Positions 51,829 to 64,000 of a stretch of DNA of 64,000 nt are shown in pieces. The stretch lies in the NCBI RefSeq assembly GCF_006345805.1, contig NC_043010.1, positions 37,758,001-37,822,000 of the forward strand, written 5' to 3'. How positions within the stretch are numbered: position 1 is the first letter of the stretch; each line of letters starts with the position of its first letter. Below the pieces are notes generated by a model. The model had not been told where the DNA came from. It did no database searches and worked only from the letters and a program-made list of their open reading frames with translations. Source of the stretch: Octopus sinensis. Lineage: Eukaryota. The translations under genes were made by a program, and so were the position numbers.

Positions 51829-52582
51829 AATTTACATGTATTTATTTTATTATAAATGCAAAACAACACCACAGAGAACTCGATGTAAACGGGAATAATA
51901 AACCGCGATAGGTGAATAGCGATATGGCGAGGGATTGCTGTATTCGTGGGACAGGTTATGCCGGATCTTTCCGGACATAGCCGCATCTGATTGGCTGAAT
52001 TTCTAAAAATGTCTCGGGTTTGTAGCATCTTTATTTTTAACTGGCTAACCACGTGCCGTGGATCTGTTCAGTTTTGCCGTGAGCAGTGAAATAACCAACG
52101 TTTCGTGTATTTGTCCTTTTTCAAAGACGAAGTATCAAGGTACTTGAAGGAACTTCTCTGCGGTCATTTATTTGATGGAAACATTTGCCGAATCTCCCTC
52201 AAATCACAACCTTTTAAAAATAGCTGAAATGAGTTTATTAGATAACGTGGTTTTTGAGAATCCCCCAAAGGTGGGATGGTCACATGGTTGATCATGCCTT
52301 TGATCATAAAACTGCTTGATTTCGAACTGACCGGAGACAATACAGCAACAGATGTTCTATTTTTTAATACGAATGATAGAGAATTGATGGAGATTTCGCT
52401 GCTAATTAAAGCAGGTTGAGCGAATGCGCAAATGTTCCTGCTCGTTCAGAAGTGGCCTGGGGACTACAACATGATGCAAATGTTTTCATAAATACGGAAA
52501 TTACAGAAATTATGAATTTGCAGTCTGGATAAACAAATTGTCGATAGGCACTCAATTTTAGTCATATATTTCGAAGTGATAT

Positions 52583-52700
52583 CTCTCTCTCTCTCTCTCT
52601 CTCCCTTACATTCTCTCTCTCTCTCCCTTACATTCTCTCTCTCTCTCCCTTACATTCTCTCTCTCTCTCCCTTACATTCTCTCTCTCTTTCTCCCCTCTC
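52583..52700. repeat. (CT)n with repeated CCCTTACATT units
   Basis: Four ~20-bp units are visible. Confidence 0.85.
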
Positions 52701-52882
52701 TCTCCCTCACTCTTTCTCTCTCTTTATATATTTATAGAGAGAAAGAGAGACAAAGAGAGAGACAAAGAAAGAGACAAAGAGAGACAGTAATAGATAGAGA
52801 GGAGAAATAATAGAGACAGAGGAAGAGAAAGTGAGTGACAGATATTTGCATGTACACACACACACACACACATGCACACAGA

Positions 52883-52934
<52 letters not shown>

Positions 52935-53209
52935 GCACACGCACAAAGAATGAACAGGCTTTATTACAGACCACTACAATTGTTTCAGCGCATCACTATC
53001 AGCTGGTAATTGCTGAACGCTACATATATTATATACATTATTGCATTAATATAATCCAACAATAGCTGCATGCATGCGTGTCTTCATGTGAGTAGGGTCC
53101 AAAGCAGAGCTTTTAAAAGCACCCTATCAAGACCATCGACAATTCAAGAAAAGGCAAATGCCATTTTTTTCTGTATTATGTATATATATTTGAAAATACT
53201 CCATCTTTA

Positions 53210-53509
53210 GTGAAGGCGTATGGCTCAGTGGTTAGAGCGTCGAGTTTACGATCGTGAGGTTGTGAGTTCGAATCCCGAACCGGGCTGCGTGTTGTGTTCT
53301 TGAGCAAGACACTTTATTTCACGTTGCTCCAGTTCACTCAGCTGTAGAAATGGGTTGCGATGTCACAGGTGCCAAGCTGTATCGGCCGTTGCCTTTCCCT
53401 TGGATAACACTGGTGGTCTTCCATAAACAACCTTGCCCGAGTTTGTGCCGGGGAGGGTAACCTTCTAGGTGCAATCCCACAGTCAGTTATGATCGAAGGG
53501 GGTCTCAGC
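53210..53509 (+). mobile_element. SINE family D with TSD (internal deletion)
   Basis: 12-bp TSD ACTCCATCTTTA at 53198-53209 and 53510-53521. A/B boxes are present. Confidence 0.88.
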
Positions 53510-55159
53510 ACTCCATCTTTATAATCAAGTATTATAGCCTCGTTCTGAATTTGAGTATTAAATGCAGAAGGAATATAATGGTATGAGCTATAAGAATAAA
53601 TATTTCGAGGTTATAATGAGCAAATTTCTTTTGTGCACTAAGTATTTAGCAAAGGGCTCCATTAAACATACAAAATTCAGATTTCAGAGTAATAAAATAA
53701 TACGAGCTTCCATAAAAATTGCTTAAATTGAATATATATTAAACTAAACACGTTCCACACACACACACACACACACACACATGCTATTCATTGTGTTCGT
53801 ATGCGTGTGCGCATACGAACACAAACAAAAGTAAAGTATTTGTAGAATTACTTTAACTTCATAACCTTACAATAGAAAAGATTAACTCAAACTTGACCTC
53901 GAAGTAAGATTATTTTTATTTTTGCTTCCGACATTTGGCATGAAACAACTTGATTCTGATATTGGAAATATTTTATTTCCATCACAAGTTCATGTTCAAT
54001 GTTCATCTGCTTTGTCTCATAGAGCTTCTTAGTTCCATTTTTATAACTTCAAGTTTTATTTTATTTATTTTCATATTCTGAAATAACCTTTCTTTAACTG
54101 AAATGTGTTACTATTGGAACCAAATAATAAGGTAAGACAACTTACGACTTCTATACTTTGGGGGAAAAAATATACGACTAGACTCTTAAATGGTTGTTCG
54201 TTCAGCAGGCTGTAAATAAGATGTTCCCTAGATTCTTGCTGAAAGCAGCAAGGTTGCTGTTTTTCAAATGATCGTTATGTAACAAGTTCCTTCTCTTAGA
54301 CCTTCTTCCAATATCTATGTGGCAATCTGTTATATGATTAGAAGGCTTCTTCACAATATCTTCTAATGCCAATGACATGAAATGGACAAAAGAATCCAAA
54401 ATCTTTCATTGAATTTTCTATCGAGCCTGGAACGGGATTGGTAAAATAGTTTTCAATGACGACTAGAAATATTTCATCTTTAAACATTTGAGATGGAATT
54501 TGTGTCTCAATAACTATAATCTATAATACTTGTTGCAGATCAATAATAAACTCTAGCACCGATAGTAGACGGCACATTACATTTGCGATTTTGCTTGTGT
54601 TGTCTTCGGAATACTGGTTGATATCTATGTCAGTGAAAAATATTTTTGGCTGTTTTGCTCTATATCTAAATAAAAGTCGGTGGGGGAAGAGAACAAACTT
54701 GATTACATCCAAATTCAGACTCTGTGACAGGCGTGACTATTATTAAGAGTTTCCTTTCCCAATCATGAGAAGTCGTGACTTCCCAGAGAAATTTTACTAG
54801 CGGAACTAAACTGCATCTGTGTTCTGGAGATGGGGAAGTCTTCTCGAAATTTAAAGGGACTATGAAATTTTGTTTTTCTTTTGTAGGGTAGGAACCCATC
54901 GTATACTCTCAGGCTTCTCCTTCTTGGCCATCCGGACTCCATACCGATTTACTAGCTTACATCCGCCTCTTACATATCGCGGCGTAGTACATTGGCTGAA
55001 TGTGTCCTCCTTAAAGCGTGTGTAAAGTTGTGTCTTAATCTTGAACAGCAGATATACAAACTAACACTAGTTATTTCAAATCGCCGAAATGCATGGTCCC
55101 AAAATATGACTAATACACAAGCCAACTAGGGAAGACACTTTGTAGCTAGAAATAGCAGC

Positions 55160-55195
<36 letters not shown>

Positions 55196-56069
55196 ACACA
55201 CACACTCTCCCTCTCTCACTCTCTTTCCATTTCTTTCAAATTACACTCTACCATCTTAAAAACAGACGCAATTTAGATACTATATTTCTAAATATTCACA
55301 CAAACGGGATAGTCACGACTGGAACACAAGAACTACTTTGATCATAGGTCTATTCAGTCATGGCTGAACCCGTGCTCAACAGCAGTAGCGATGACTACGA
55401 CGACGACAACAGCAACAACAAATAACAACCCGTAACCATTATTACCGTTTGTCTGGCCAACCATTGTTGAAAATCAACTCTACGTGTATTTTTCATTTAT
55501 CTGAAATGTCACTCAGGACAGAGTGGTTGTCCAGTTTCTTTATTATTTCTTTCTCTATTTCAGACAGAGTGTATATTTATTTTGGACGACATTAGTTTCA
55601 ATGTGCCCTGCAGCGGATTGTGAGTTCAGAATGGTATCACTGCTACTTTCTGCTTGCAGCGCAATCGCAAAGCGGCTAACTGGTTGGTTCGCGCTACTTG
55701 TGATGCAGGCACTGTCATTGTGAATTGTTGCCGCTCCCAGACTAAATTCCTATTTAACTTCATTTTATTTATACCCTAATTTCAAATCTTGTTGGCGTCA
55801 ACTTCGCTTTTGTTCCGTCCGGTCAATAAAGTCATTATCATTTGGCGACTTCGGTCAAGTCACAACCCTTCAATTTCCACCTCAGAGCACGTGATCCTGC
55901 TTTCCCACACTAAGGTCTCGCACTTCATGCACTAGTTTCACCAGAGGGAGGTGAACAAACTTCCCGGCAAAGTCTGATGTTGTAGGAGCTGAATCAAACT
56001 CCACACATCTTTACATCTAATAAGAATTTAATACACGCATACTTTGCAAAGAAAAGCAAAATTTGCACA

Positions 56070-56257
56070 CAAGCAGGAGTGGCTGTGTGTTAAGTAGCTT
56101 GCTTACCAACCACATGGTTCCGGGTTCAGTCCCACTGCGTGGCACCTTAGGCAAGTGTCTTCTACTATAGCCTCGGACCGACCAAAGCCTTGTGAGTGGA
56201 TTTGGTAGATGGAAGCTGAAAGAAGACCATCGTATATATGTATATGTATATGTATAC

Positions 56258-56348
<91 letters not shown>

Positions 56349-56555
56349 TGCGTGTGTGTGTTTGTGTTCTCTTCCTCCCAAAATCACTTGACAACCGATG
56401 CTGGTGTGTTTACGTCCCCGTAACTTAGCGGTTCGGCAAAAGAGACCGCTAGAATAAGTACTAGGCTTACAAAGAATAAGTCCAGGGGTCGATTTTCTCG
56501 ACTAAAGGCGGTGCTCCAGCATGGCCGCAGTCAATTGACTGAAACAAGTAAGAGT
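56070..56555 (+). mobile_element. SINE family A, full length
   Basis: Head to tail homology. Confidence 0.85.
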
Positions 56556-56699
56556 AAAGCAAACCTGTTTGCCCACACCCACTACAAAAAAAAAAACATT
56601 GGTGGTAGTTATGACCTTTGGTCTTTCACAAGACCCCGAGACATAGTTTCCTTGATGTATTTTGAATCTTAGTGCAATTAATTATTGTTCCTACAATAG

Positions 56700-57030
56700 G
56701 AATAAAGACTGAAATTTGGGGCAAGGAGACTAATCGATTACATCGATCCCAATACTTAACTGATTAGTAGTTAATTTATTGACTTCGAAAGAATAAAATG
56801 GCAAAGTCGACCTCGGTGGAATTTGAGCACAAAACATAAAGACGAACGAAGTGTCGATAAGCGTTGTGTCCAGCTTGCTAACCATTCTGCCAGCTCGTCG
56901 CCTTCCTGCTGAGACCCCCTTCGGTCATGAATGACCATGGGATTGCACCTAGGAAGTTTCCCTCCGAGGCACAAGTCCGGGCAAGGTTGTTTACGGAAGA
57001 CCAGAAGTCGCCCATGCATACCGGCCTCCC
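56700..57030 (-). mobile_element. Degenerate SINE B (to about 56903) abutting a SINE D 3' fragment
   Basis: GTCGACCTCGGTGGAATTTGAG...CTCGTCGCC, then GAGACCCCCTTCGGTCATGAATGACC. Confidence 0.65.
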
Positions 57031-57899
57031 TTCTCTAGATTCAATAGACTTCAACATATTCACTTGTGTTTTTCTTATTTAGTCCGAGACCGGCTCTGTT
57101 CAAATAAACATATGATCGAAGCATTGCCTCTATGGACTTCACATATTAAGATGATCGTGGAGGACATGAGTTTTGAAGTTTGCATCCTTTATGATAAGTG
57201 AAAGCGAAGAGTGAGATTCAATCCAGCCATGACCATCACATGTTAGCCTGGTCTTGGAGGATATGGGTTCTGAAGTTCGTATTCTTTATGACAGCAGAAT
57301 GCGGAAGACTGAGACGTTTTTGTAAGTTTTCAACTCCTAGGAATTCTTTGTGGATAACGCAATGACCAGTGAGAATGCTGAGTATCACGTATTTTATATG
57401 GAAGATGAATAGTTTTTATTACTCAACCATAACAATGGCATAGTTAATTACACAAGTAATTATATTTTTTATTAGACTTTCTAGAGGCTACCGTCAGCTA
57501 GGATTGTCCCTGAATCTGCATCTATTTGCTCAGGCCTGTACAAGATTTTTTTTTTTTTGTGGGAGACTAGCAGTTGCTATACTTGTTAGTCCTCGCCCTT
57601 CATACTACTGATGTTATTCAAATGAAAGGTCACTGCTTTTGTGTCCGGTGCTACTGACGGATCACATACCACAAGGCGTCTCGTTCGCTGTTCTAGCAGA
57701 ATGGATGAAAGGTAAAATTGACGACGGCGAGATCTGAACTCAGGGCACAGAAAGTTAGAACAAAAAAAGACTACGCAGTATTCTACCCATTGCTCTAACG
57801 ACTACGAATTCGCCGCCTTCGTAAGAATATTGCTCTAACTTAAGTAACGTTTGACTTATTCAAAAAATAGTCATTCCATTAATATTCATTTTAATCTTT

Positions 57900-58500
57900 C
57901 TGGCAATCTATATCTCTTCAATCTGTTCGTTTCCGTTTCAGCATCTCATAAGAAGCCATTAAAAGAACGACGTTATCTTGTAAATATTTTCATCAAATTG
58001 TAAAGAGAATTTCTTGTATTGACGTGAATCGACCAATCCCTCATCAACGTCTCGTATTATTTTATCGATTCTTCAGGCAAATGTGGAGCTACTTAAGGGA
58101 ACAGACTTTCGTTCTTTCTTCATCACTCGTGTTTTTATTTCTAACTTCACATAATATTATGGACACTAAATGCCAGATAAACGACTCATCAATGTTATAA
58201 ACATTTCCAGTCCCAGTGATTACCTTACTAATTTCTGAACTACTAATTACAAGACGCCTTTCTAATTTTTGTGACGTTTGATTAATTTTAGTCTTATTAC
58301 AGTGTTGGTCTTTTCTCGAAACTATCTTGAAGTATTTTGAAGAAATTAATGTGTTAATCTTTATTCTGTAGTTGTGAGCCATCTAATTGTGCTTTCAGCT
58401 TGCTTGTCTTCATACTTCCATTAAGAAATGTAACCATGTCCATCATTCACATTGAAATGGGGTTTGCGGAAATGCGGTGAACCCGTTAGATACATATTCC
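57900..58500 (-). pseudogene. Possible pogo/Tigger transposase relic
   Basis: NVYNIDESFIWHL resembles the xYNxDETGLFW motif. The remainder is heavily decayed. Confidence 0.4.
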
Positions 58501-60084
58501 TCAGGATGGTACTGGCATTTTGTCTTCACCAAGGAAATCGTTGTTTCTAAAAATAATCAAAAAATAATCATGTGACACTTTTTACAAAGAAATCGATAAA
58601 CATATCCCGAACCACGAATATGTTTATGTTGTCTTACGAGAGAAAAAGATGGTTTTCTCGTTGCCTTCTTAGAACCAGCAAAAGGAAACCTAGCTGGCAT
58701 CTAGGCTACCACTTCGTATACAGAAAAGAGCAAAGCCTACGATACTGCCGGCCTAACTTTCAAAACCGAGAATAGAGCTTGGATATGGGCAGAAATTATG
58801 CGTGACACATACGTTAACAAGTTTGTACTATAGAATATAGGGCAGTATAATACAGGAGTGATACTCAGGATCATAGAAAGTGACGTTAAATTCATTGTCA
58901 CTTTGTAAAACAATATGGGTGAGTAATAAGAGTACAGGTAACAAGATATTATACGAGCGGTTGTTGTCATCATTCTTCAGGACCATAAAGCCACTTTAGA
59001 GCGATGTCTCGTTGTGGGCACTGAGTCAAAAGGAATAACACTGATAGTACATGATTAAAAGTCCAATTGTAACACTTGTGACAGCAAAAATCACTTAAAG
59101 GCCTTCTGCTCTGAGCAGCTTGAAAAAGAGGGGGAAAAGCCTAGTAGGTCCCAGAGCCTGCTATCCTCACTGCATCGCTAATCACATTACCAACTGCAGC
59201 TACGAAGATGGTTAGTAAACTCGACACGCTAACGATTCCTGAAGAATACGAGGGCAATATTTTTCGCTCAACAACACAATCTCTGTAATAATTTTAAAAA
59301 TGGCATTTCATGTCTGGTACCAGAAGTTAGCCTGGCTGAAACGTTTTTGACGATGCAAGATTTCAGCAAAAGACACTTGCTCGATGCACACCGGGATGGG
59401 ACCGAACCTGGAACAACATGATTGTGAAGGTCAATAGTGTTGTTATGTTAAGGTTCAACGATATAACCAAATTGAAGGAAACAGTCTGAAAAAATAAAAT
59501 CCTCAGATACCTGCCATGTAGTGGCATTGATCCAACCGACTGTTCTCTGATCCCAATAAATTTGTAGCCGTATTCCTATGTTACAAATCTTTGCTCTCAT
59601 CATGAAAATGGATTACAGAATCGGTTGGACGTATGATAATGTACCTCACAGTACGATACATTTATGTTGGAATCCAATCAACTGAAGAATGCAACCAAGG
59701 AAATAGCCGTGACAGCTAAATTCAAATCAAGGTCGTTGTGGTTGACATAAAACCGGAGATAGAACCCTTCTGCTGGCGAATGCTAATTCAGTCCTCGTTG
59801 CTCCACTCAGGCGAAGCATACAAGTCAAGGAGCGAATCGCTTGTGACCCTGAGACACCTGTTGAAGATACGCAAGGATTTCCAATATTGCAATGCCTTTA
59901 GTCATCAACAGGTGAAGAGCTTGCGATATCTTTATCGTCGGTGGATCTTACAGTGACTGCCTAAAGCAATGCATCTCTGCCACGTTCCTTTAATTTCTTA
60001 TTTCAAATCCTACAGCGTGTGAGAGTAAGTGCGTGAGGGAACGGACAAAAGATACCAGTATAAGCTCATCAAATATAAAATATT

Positions 60085-60505
60085 TTTCTTTATTGCCCAC
60101 AGGAGGTGGGGGGCTAAACATAGAGGGGACAAACAAGGACAGACAAACGGATTAAGTTGATTATATCGACCCCAGTGCGTAACTGGTACTTATTTAATCG
60201 ACCCCGAAAGGATGAAAGGCTAAGTCGACCTCGGCGGAATTTGAAATCAGAACGTAGCAGCAGACGAAATACCTATTTCTTTACTTCCCACAAGGGGCTA
60301 AACACAGAGGGGACAAACAAGGACAGACAAACGGATTAAGTCGATTATATCGACCCCAGTGCGTAACTGGTACTTATTTAATCGACCCCAAAAGGATGAA
60401 AGGCAAAGTCGACCGCAGCGGAATTTGAACTCAGAACGTAGCGGCAGACGAAATACTGCAAAGCATTTCGCCCGGCGTGCAAACATTTCTTCCAGCTCGC
60501 CGCCT
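60085..60505 (-). mobile_element. SINE family B dimer
   Basis: Junction GAAATACCTATTTC at 60266-60279. Candidate TSD TAAAATATT at 60076-60084 and 60516-60524. Confidence 0.85.
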
Positions 60506-61261
60506 TAATCAGATCTAAAATATTGACAATAGTCTGGAGTTATATTTGGATAAAAGCGGAATATAAGAATGACTACGTCACGTTCACTTAACTGGAAAGC
60601 TCTGAGTCTCCAGAAGAACTCAGAGGTTATTTTTAGTCGCGTCAATTTTGTTTCCATTGTTAAGAGAGAAAATTACTCAGATACACCGTAATTAAAAAGA
60701 ATCGCTTCGTAACCACGTGGTTTTTTGCTCGATCTCACAGCTTGACACCCTCGGCAAATGTCAACTACCATTGGCTAGAATTGTTCGATGGTTTGTGAGC
60801 GAAATTTAATTGAGGGGAAACTGTATGGAAGCTTGTCACACATACATTTATATACTTATATAAACACTCTCTCAAGATAAGATATCTATGAATTTGCGAA
60901 AGCAGTGAACCTTTGCAAAAAGTTAAACCTGTAATGCATGTGTGTGTGTGTAATATATATTACGTATAATAAATGTATATATATATAATAGATATATTAT
61001 GTATAATATGTGTATATATATGTGTGTGTATGTATATCTGTATATGTTGCGAGTGTGTGTGTGTGCGTGTGTGTGTGTGTGCTCGCGCATGCACGTCCCC
61101 CACAATTTTACAGGGGTCGGGTGTTTCTTACTTATGAAGGTGGATCCACTATTTGCAGTCTAATTTGGGGAAAATAAACAAAATTTTAATGAATGTAATG
61201 TCTAATAATGAATAGCATTTGTATATTATAGTATAAATATTATATTACATAATTTTTTTAA

Positions 61262-61413
61262 TGGCCGTGTGTTAAGTGGCTTGCTTACGAACCACATGGT
61301 TCCGGGTTCAGTCCGACTGCGTGGCATCTTGGGCAAGTGTCTTCTACTATAGCCTCGGGCCGACCAAAGCCTTGTGAGTGGATTTGGTAGACGGAAACTG
61401 AAAGAAGCCCGTC

Positions 61414-61415
<2 letters not shown>
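61262..61415 (+). mobile_element. SINE family A head part
   Basis: GGTTCCGGGTTCAGTCC...GAAAGAAGCCCGTCG. Confidence 0.75.
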
Positions 61416-61499
<84 letters not shown>

Positions 61500-61670
61500 G
61501 TATGTATGTATGTATGTATGTATGTATGTATGTATGTATGTATGTTTGTATGAAGATGAGGAAGCGATATTTCATCCAAACCAGTCGAACTCATTTGTAT
61601 GTGTGTGAGTGCGTGTGCAGTGTATGTGTGTGCGTTTGTGTGTTTATGTCTGTATACATACATACATACA

Positions 61671-61701
<31 letters not shown>

Positions 61702-62149
61702 GTAACAGGAATATTTAACTTAGAATTGAACCCGGATCCCTATATCCGATGCAAAAAAGCAACTGAAGAATACGATCACGATTCATTAGAATATTTCTAG
61801 CGTCATCAAAAAATCTGAGCATTCAAGGTTTTGTGTGGAACCGGATTTTACAAAGATTTCATCTTTGGTGCGCTTTTTCTAACCAAGACCACCACTGTAT
61901 TGGGCGCCTTTTAACCACTACTGACAAACGGCGGATGGCGCACATCAGACCGAACACAGAAACGGCAGTCAGCATGCATTAACAGAACCAGTAGATGGCT
62001 AGAGCGCTATTACAATATAAAAACAATGGACGGGCAGTAATCTCAACACACAATGATCAGCTAACATCACGTTAGCGGCTACTATCATATCTAGTCCAAG
62101 AACAATAAGCTTCGAACTGACTCAGTGATTGTCGTTCGTAGTAAGTAAA

Positions 62150-62535
62150 TTTTAAGTAGCTTGCTTACCAACCATATGGTACCGGGTTCAGTCCCACTGC
62201 GTGGCACCTTGGGCAAGTGTCTTCTACTATAGCCTCTGGCCGACCAAAGCCTTGTGAGTGGATTTGGTAGACGGAAACTGGAAGAAGCCCGTCGTATTTA
62301 TGTATATATAGCTATATATGTATGTATGTATGTATATGTTTGTGTGTCTGTGTTTGTCCCCCCACCATTGCTTGACAACCAATGGTGGTGTGTTTACATC
62401 CCGTAAGAGACTGATAGAATAAGTACTAGGCTTACAAAGAATAAGTCCTGGGGTCGATTTACTCGACTAGAAGGCGGTGCTCCAGCATGGCCGCAGTCAA
62501 ATGACTGAAACAAGTAAAAGAGTAAAAGAGAGTAA
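62150..62535 (+). mobile_element. SINE family A
   Basis: Body and (GAGTAAAA)n tail. Confidence 0.85.
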
Positions 62536-62662
62536 AGAGATAAAAAGGAATTTTTTTTTTATCAAAAATCTCAAACAGATTTTCTATGTTCTTTATCGTA
62601 ACTCATACGTATAAACATACCTACACACACACACACAGATGCAATACCGCATTTGCACAGGC

Positions 62663-63002
<340 letters not shown>

Positions 63003-63164
63003 CCGCATTTGCAGCACCACTATTTCCCAAGCCTTACTGGCTTGCCAGTTTCTCCGAAACAGAGATGCTAATCTTCCAACTTCTTAATTATTCATCTCCT
63101 GTGTCTCTAAAACTTTTTAGACTGCTAGAACTTTAAAGTAAATAAATGAATATTAGTTTCAAAT

Positions 63165-63550
63165 TTGGCACAAGGCCAACAGTTTCAAGGGAGGGGGACG
63201 AGTCGATCACATAGACCCAGTTCTCAACTGGTATTTATTTTATTGACCCCAGAAAAAAAAAAATTAAAAGCAAAGTCGACCTCAGCAGAATTTGAACTCA
63301 GAACATGAAGAGCACGAAATTTCATAGTTACTGTCTTTACTTAAATAGAATTTTTTCTACTCTAGGCACACGGCCGGAAATTTTTGAGGAGTGGGGGGCC
63401 AGTCGATTACCTCGACCCAAGTACGCAACTGGTACTTATTTTCTCGACCCCAAATGATGAAAGTCAAAGTCGACCTCGGCGGAACTTGAACTCAGAACGT
63501 AAAGACAGACGAAATACTGCTAAGCATATCACCCGGCGTACTAACGTTTC
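63165..63550 (-). mobile_element. Two degenerate SINE family B copies
   Basis: GTCGACCTC(A/G)GC(A/G)GAA...GAACTCAGAAC occurs twice. Confidence 0.65.
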
Positions 63551-64000
63551 TTTAGGCACCCGTACATTATTATAAATGGTATAGGTTTATTAATATTGCA
63601 CTATGCAAGGAAGTGCACGGTACGGGTATCTGTATCAGTGGAACCGGTTTAAGTGAAAAATATTATTAAACAAAAAATAAAATTAATTACTTTAAGATAA
63701 TGTTGTAGCACTAATACTCTCAAATTGGTAAGATTTACAATTTTACTAATCACGATGATCTGGAAGACGAATGCATTTATAATTGCTGTCCATTCCGTAA
63801 TTAATTATTTCATCATGATTTTCTGATGCCATGGATGGCATACCTGGGGTACTTGCAATTCAAGCAACAGGATACACATTATTGGCATTTTTTAAAACGT
63901 TTCACCGAAACGAAATTGCTTCATGTTCTCTCTTTTTATTTTTCCTTGAGCGATTTTTTCATGCAACGACTCCAAATAAGTTCATTAGTCCCTGTTGTGG

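Noticed and set aside
54200-55030. Short non-repetitive ORFs and an acceptor-like TTTTCTTTTGTAG near 54886 as host exons
   Set aside because: No recognisable protein motif, no consistent donor or frame, and more likely decayed TE sequence. A BLASTx or RNA-seq alignment would be needed.
58600-59200. Possible very old RTE-like remnant (IIRAVVVIIL)
   Set aside because: Only one weak motif is visible.

Overview
AT-rich, microsatellite-dense eukaryotic DNA with no recognisable host protein-coding exon, rRNA, genuine tRNA gene or CRISPR array. The repeat content (several tRNA-headed SINE families with internal TA/CA tracts) looks like a coleoid cephalopod, most likely Octopus; this is inference from pattern recognition. 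The window is a patchwork of mobile-element remnants: a Gypsy LTR/gag 5' end, four copies of a young R4/Dong-like RLE LINE that all abut (TAA)n arrays, Penelope-like RT and GIY-YIG relics, and Helitron, Tc1/mariner, RTE, HERO-like and pogo-like fragments. There is also a fold-back MITE, many SINEs (labelled A, B, D, E for this report only), several minisatellites and one 100-N gap. The main candidate novelty is a set of hammerhead ribozyme (HHR) motifs. A near-identical ~490-bp tandem repeat at 3250-6354 carries a complete type I HHR in every full unit, and it flips orientation 1 nt from the predicted self-cleavage site, as expected for a retrozyme-like element copied from self-cleaved RNA. 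A second intact HHR (21236-21358), a 600-bp inverted repeat with decayed HHRs, and a tRNA-headed, (TAA)n-containing HHR element interrupted by a Dong-like LINE are also present. All structures were folded by eye and none has been tested computationally or experimentally.
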